A model generated the notes under the pieces. The model searched no databases. It was not told where the DNA came from and saw nothing but the letters and a program-made list of their open reading frames with translations. Both the position numbers and the translations under genes were made by a program. Shown here piece by piece: positions 60,488 through 64,000 of a stretch of 64,000 nt of DNA (position 1 is its first letter; every line of letters starts with the position of its first letter). This DNA is from Sphagnum compactum (lineage: Eukaryota), in NCBI GenBank assembly GCA_965153455.1, contig OZ234493.1, positions 30,432,213 to 30,496,212 of the forward strand, written 5' to 3'.

Positions 60488-63400
60488 ACGACCACGACGT
60501 CCTTTACTATATAGAATAGTTAATATTACTTGACTTCAATGAGGATGTCTCTTAAGTGTCATATTTAAAGAGAGAACACAAATTGGACACAATCGTCCAA
60601 TCGTAGTAGTAAAATTGTTGAGAAGATCTTTCAATTCTTGACCTAATAATAATAATGTAAACAATCTTACAACAAAGTGCATAAGTGGAGAATTTTTTAA
60701 AGAAATGTTCAAATATGACTACCTAATTAAACGTTAGAACATTGAATGTGGATGTTGTTGAGATTTAGGTCACTTGGTTTTAAGAATTTCCCTTTTAAGT
60801 CTCATTTCCTTTAACAAGTGAAAGGATGATGCCTTTTTTTTTTCATTGAGCTAGAGACACCCAATAGGACAAACTTCCAATCGAGATCTTAAAATTTAGG
60901 GTTTGTCGATGCAAAACTAAATTTGAATTTCATCAAAGTGCACCAATAGATGTGTAGCTCACAACTTGGTTGCGAAATTTGATCAAAAATTTGGCCCAAA
61001 TGATGCACATTAATAAGTTCAAACCCATGGCTTTCTAGACAAACTAGGTATTAACTATTAAACCCCCCAAAAATGCTCATTTTGCATTCACATTATTTAA
61101 CGCTAATGTCACACTAATGCATCATCGCCCATTATTTTTTAGGAAAAATATGAATTGGGTTAAGGGCAAACAATGAAAAAAGAAATACATTATTGTTTTC
61201 AATAGCTTCAATGCTCTTCCCAAGAAATAGTGATTAAAAGGTTTATGTTCCTTAGCCTTCCTTCACCAACATTGGGTCCAAATTGTCAAGACATATTATG
61301 GGCTAAACCATCTACATAGTTGAGGCCTACCAGTAATTTTCTTTAATTTAATAAATTTTTTGTGAAAATGTAACCCCAAATAAAAAGAGAAAAATTAGCC
61401 AAATTTACACTTTTAAAAAAGAAAATTTCCAAAAATTTCCCAATTTCTTTGTTGAAAAATGGCAACATCTTGCCTGAACAAAAAACATTGGCACCTAGCC
61501 ATCTACCTAGTCGAGGTGTGGGAAGAGCCAAGAGTAGGTTTTGAAAAAATAAAAATAAAAATTAATTTATTGTTTTATTTAAATTTTTGATATTAAAAAT
61601 TCTGGAAATTTCTCCAGAAATTAGCAAATTTAGTCAAATTTGCATTTGAAAAATAGTATGTCCAAAAACCTTATTGCGAGTGTTGGGCATGTAAAGCCTT
61701 TACAAAGGTATCTATACCAGGCAAATATTAGGTTAAATTTTTTATGTAGATGCTATTTCTACCAATTTTTAATATTATCTTGTCTTGTAATTTTTCAGTT
61801 AAAAAAGCCTAGAGACAATTATTTTTTAAACACTGATAATTAATGCACGTGACATTGTAGACTTAGAGAGAAATTGGTAAATATTAATTATGAAGATGTG
61901 TAAAAGAGTAAAACACAAATTTAATATTCATTTAAAAATAAATCTCAAGAAATATCATGTAGAAGATGAAAATATTATTTGGCTTTTCTACTACTTTTCT
62001 TGTATTGTTGTTATTATATGTAAAATTCTAAAATACAACTAATGTACCCATTATATAAGAATTAATTTTACATATTGATAACAAGTTAGTACATTGTAAA
62101 TTCATTCCTTTAAAATGTATACAAATATAGGGATAATGGATTTGTTACCCTTTTTTGTTTTTGATTTGTGACTGATTTTTTAATATAAAAAATATTTCAT
62201 GTTTGAGATAAGCAAAACAAAAACTCAATTAATTAATTTTAAATACATAAAATTTAATTCTAATTCTAATTTGTGCCTTTTTTAAATTTCTAGATGTGCA
62301 TCTTTGTGAATTCTAGTATTCAATATTTAATCATTTATGGTTAATAACTAACTTGCAAAAATTAGATCATGCTAAGTTGTTTGCACATTTTGCACATTCT
62401 ACACTGTAAGTTAGTTACAATAATGGGTATGTTACCATATCTTTTATCGATGTTTGGCATTTCTTTGTCAAATTTTTATTTTAAAAATGAAGTTAGGTAG
62501 TTTCAAATTTAAATTTTCAGAATTTTTATAAATAGTTGAGGAAGAAGTTTGCAAAGTACACCTTTTGCTTTGTATTTGCAATAGTAATAAAATGGTTGGG
62601 ACAATAAATAGTTTTTCACAAGTTGGGAGTTCAATTCTCAACAATTTTGACAAATATCAATAAAAATTCCCCTTTTTTTCAACTAGACCTTTTGCAAATT
62701 GTTTTGTGCTAAATATTAATCTTAGGTATGGTATTGTTTATCTTGTTTTGTAAATGTAATTGTCAATGAGGTGTTATATAACGTGATGTACAATGGTCAA
62801 CTTTTGAGACAATCAATAAGAGAAAAAGGGCCTTTTCTTACCAACCAATTTTTTATTGCATGTTGTTTTCAACTTTGTTTCAATTACATAATTATATTTA
62901 TTTTGAAAATTTCCATACAGATGTCTCAGTACTTTAAATAAATCAAATTGTTGACTGATTTAGTAAGTGTATGACATTGACCACCAATGGGAGTTTACAT
63001 TCAAAATATTTTATGAAATAGAAAAAAAAAACTCAATTGAACTTTAATAAAAAAAATTCTTGTTGTAATGATGAACCATGCCCCATCATGTTAATTACTT
63101 GAATTAATTCGATGGACCTTGTTTATGAATGAATGAAAAACAAAAAATTAATGGATGAAATATTACATATGTTTTCCACTTTATTTCAACTTTAATGTGA
63201 TTTTTTTTTGCAACTATATTAAGACCGTGTTATGTTTGATTTGTGATTAATTTCCAATTTTATAAGCAGTTTGTGACACCTCTATCAAAGTTTGTAACTT
63301 TCATTACATTGTTTTGTCACTAAAGATCCAAAATGGGCTCCAAATTATGTGACATGGTGTTAAAAGAATAGGACAACATTCACATCTTGGTCTAAGGTCA

Positions 63401-64000
63401 TGTGAAAGTTATTACAATGATAAAAAATGTTCAACACAAAGTTCAAATGCCCTTACTTTGCAAAGTATAAGTAAATAAAGTGTAAGGAATAATAGGTGGG
63501 AAGTAGTTAATAGGTTCATAGATAGGTTACATATCTACCTAATATGTAGGTAGGGTGCAAGTAAGGTAAATAATAGGTAACCCTTTTACCTATTGTTACA
63601 TATGACCTACCCATATACCTAGGAGGTGGCTTGAGAGATGGATGGATGCATATGAATGAATGAATGGTATAATATAGATGAATGAATGAATAAGTGATGT
63701 GGCATATAACATGAAGGAATGGATAATGTGACATATAATATGGATGAATGGATGATATGTCATATCATAGTAGTGACAATGCATTGGTTGGAAATTCAAA
63801 TTTTGAATTGCATTCATTGAAATTGAAAACTAATTGGAACAATGTCAACTTGTATAGTTGAAAATGAATCAACATCCCAATTATAACCATGCGCAATAGG
63901 ACTTCACATTATATTACGCTCCCATTCAAACTTTGAGTTTCCCTTTTGCTCTAGTTTGATTTTCTTTATTTTCAACTATTTTTCAAGCTCAACTTATGTT

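Overview
Eukaryotic nuclear DNA from a land plant. It is probably a moss such as Sphagnum, an inference from plant-type genes, a nuclear HslV gene, telo-boxes and AT-rich intergenic DNA. A compact gene island (about 7.6-28.6 kb) holds four genes: a 17-coding-exon RRC1/U2SURP splicing factor (+), a divergent 60S ribosomal protein L18a/eL20 (-) head-to-head with rRNA-processing EBP2 (+), and a presequence-bearing HslV/ClpQ protease (-). A TPR-thioredoxin TTL gene (-) lies at 35.0-39.7 kb. The rest is AT-rich repeat DNA: two 821-bp solo-LTR-like copies (one with a 5-bp TSD), a decayed hAT transposase, a C2H2-finger pseudogene and several tandem or palindromic arrays. The most interesting observations are a 5-nt microexon that restores the conserved HslV sequence, a hairpin array plus a spliced, apparently non-coding transcript divergent from HslV, a candidate poison exon in RRC1, an upstream ORF overlapping the RPL18a start codon, and a dyad in the RPL18a/EBP2 bidirectional promoter. 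All exon models were built by hand from GT-AG sites and reading phase; no database searches were run.
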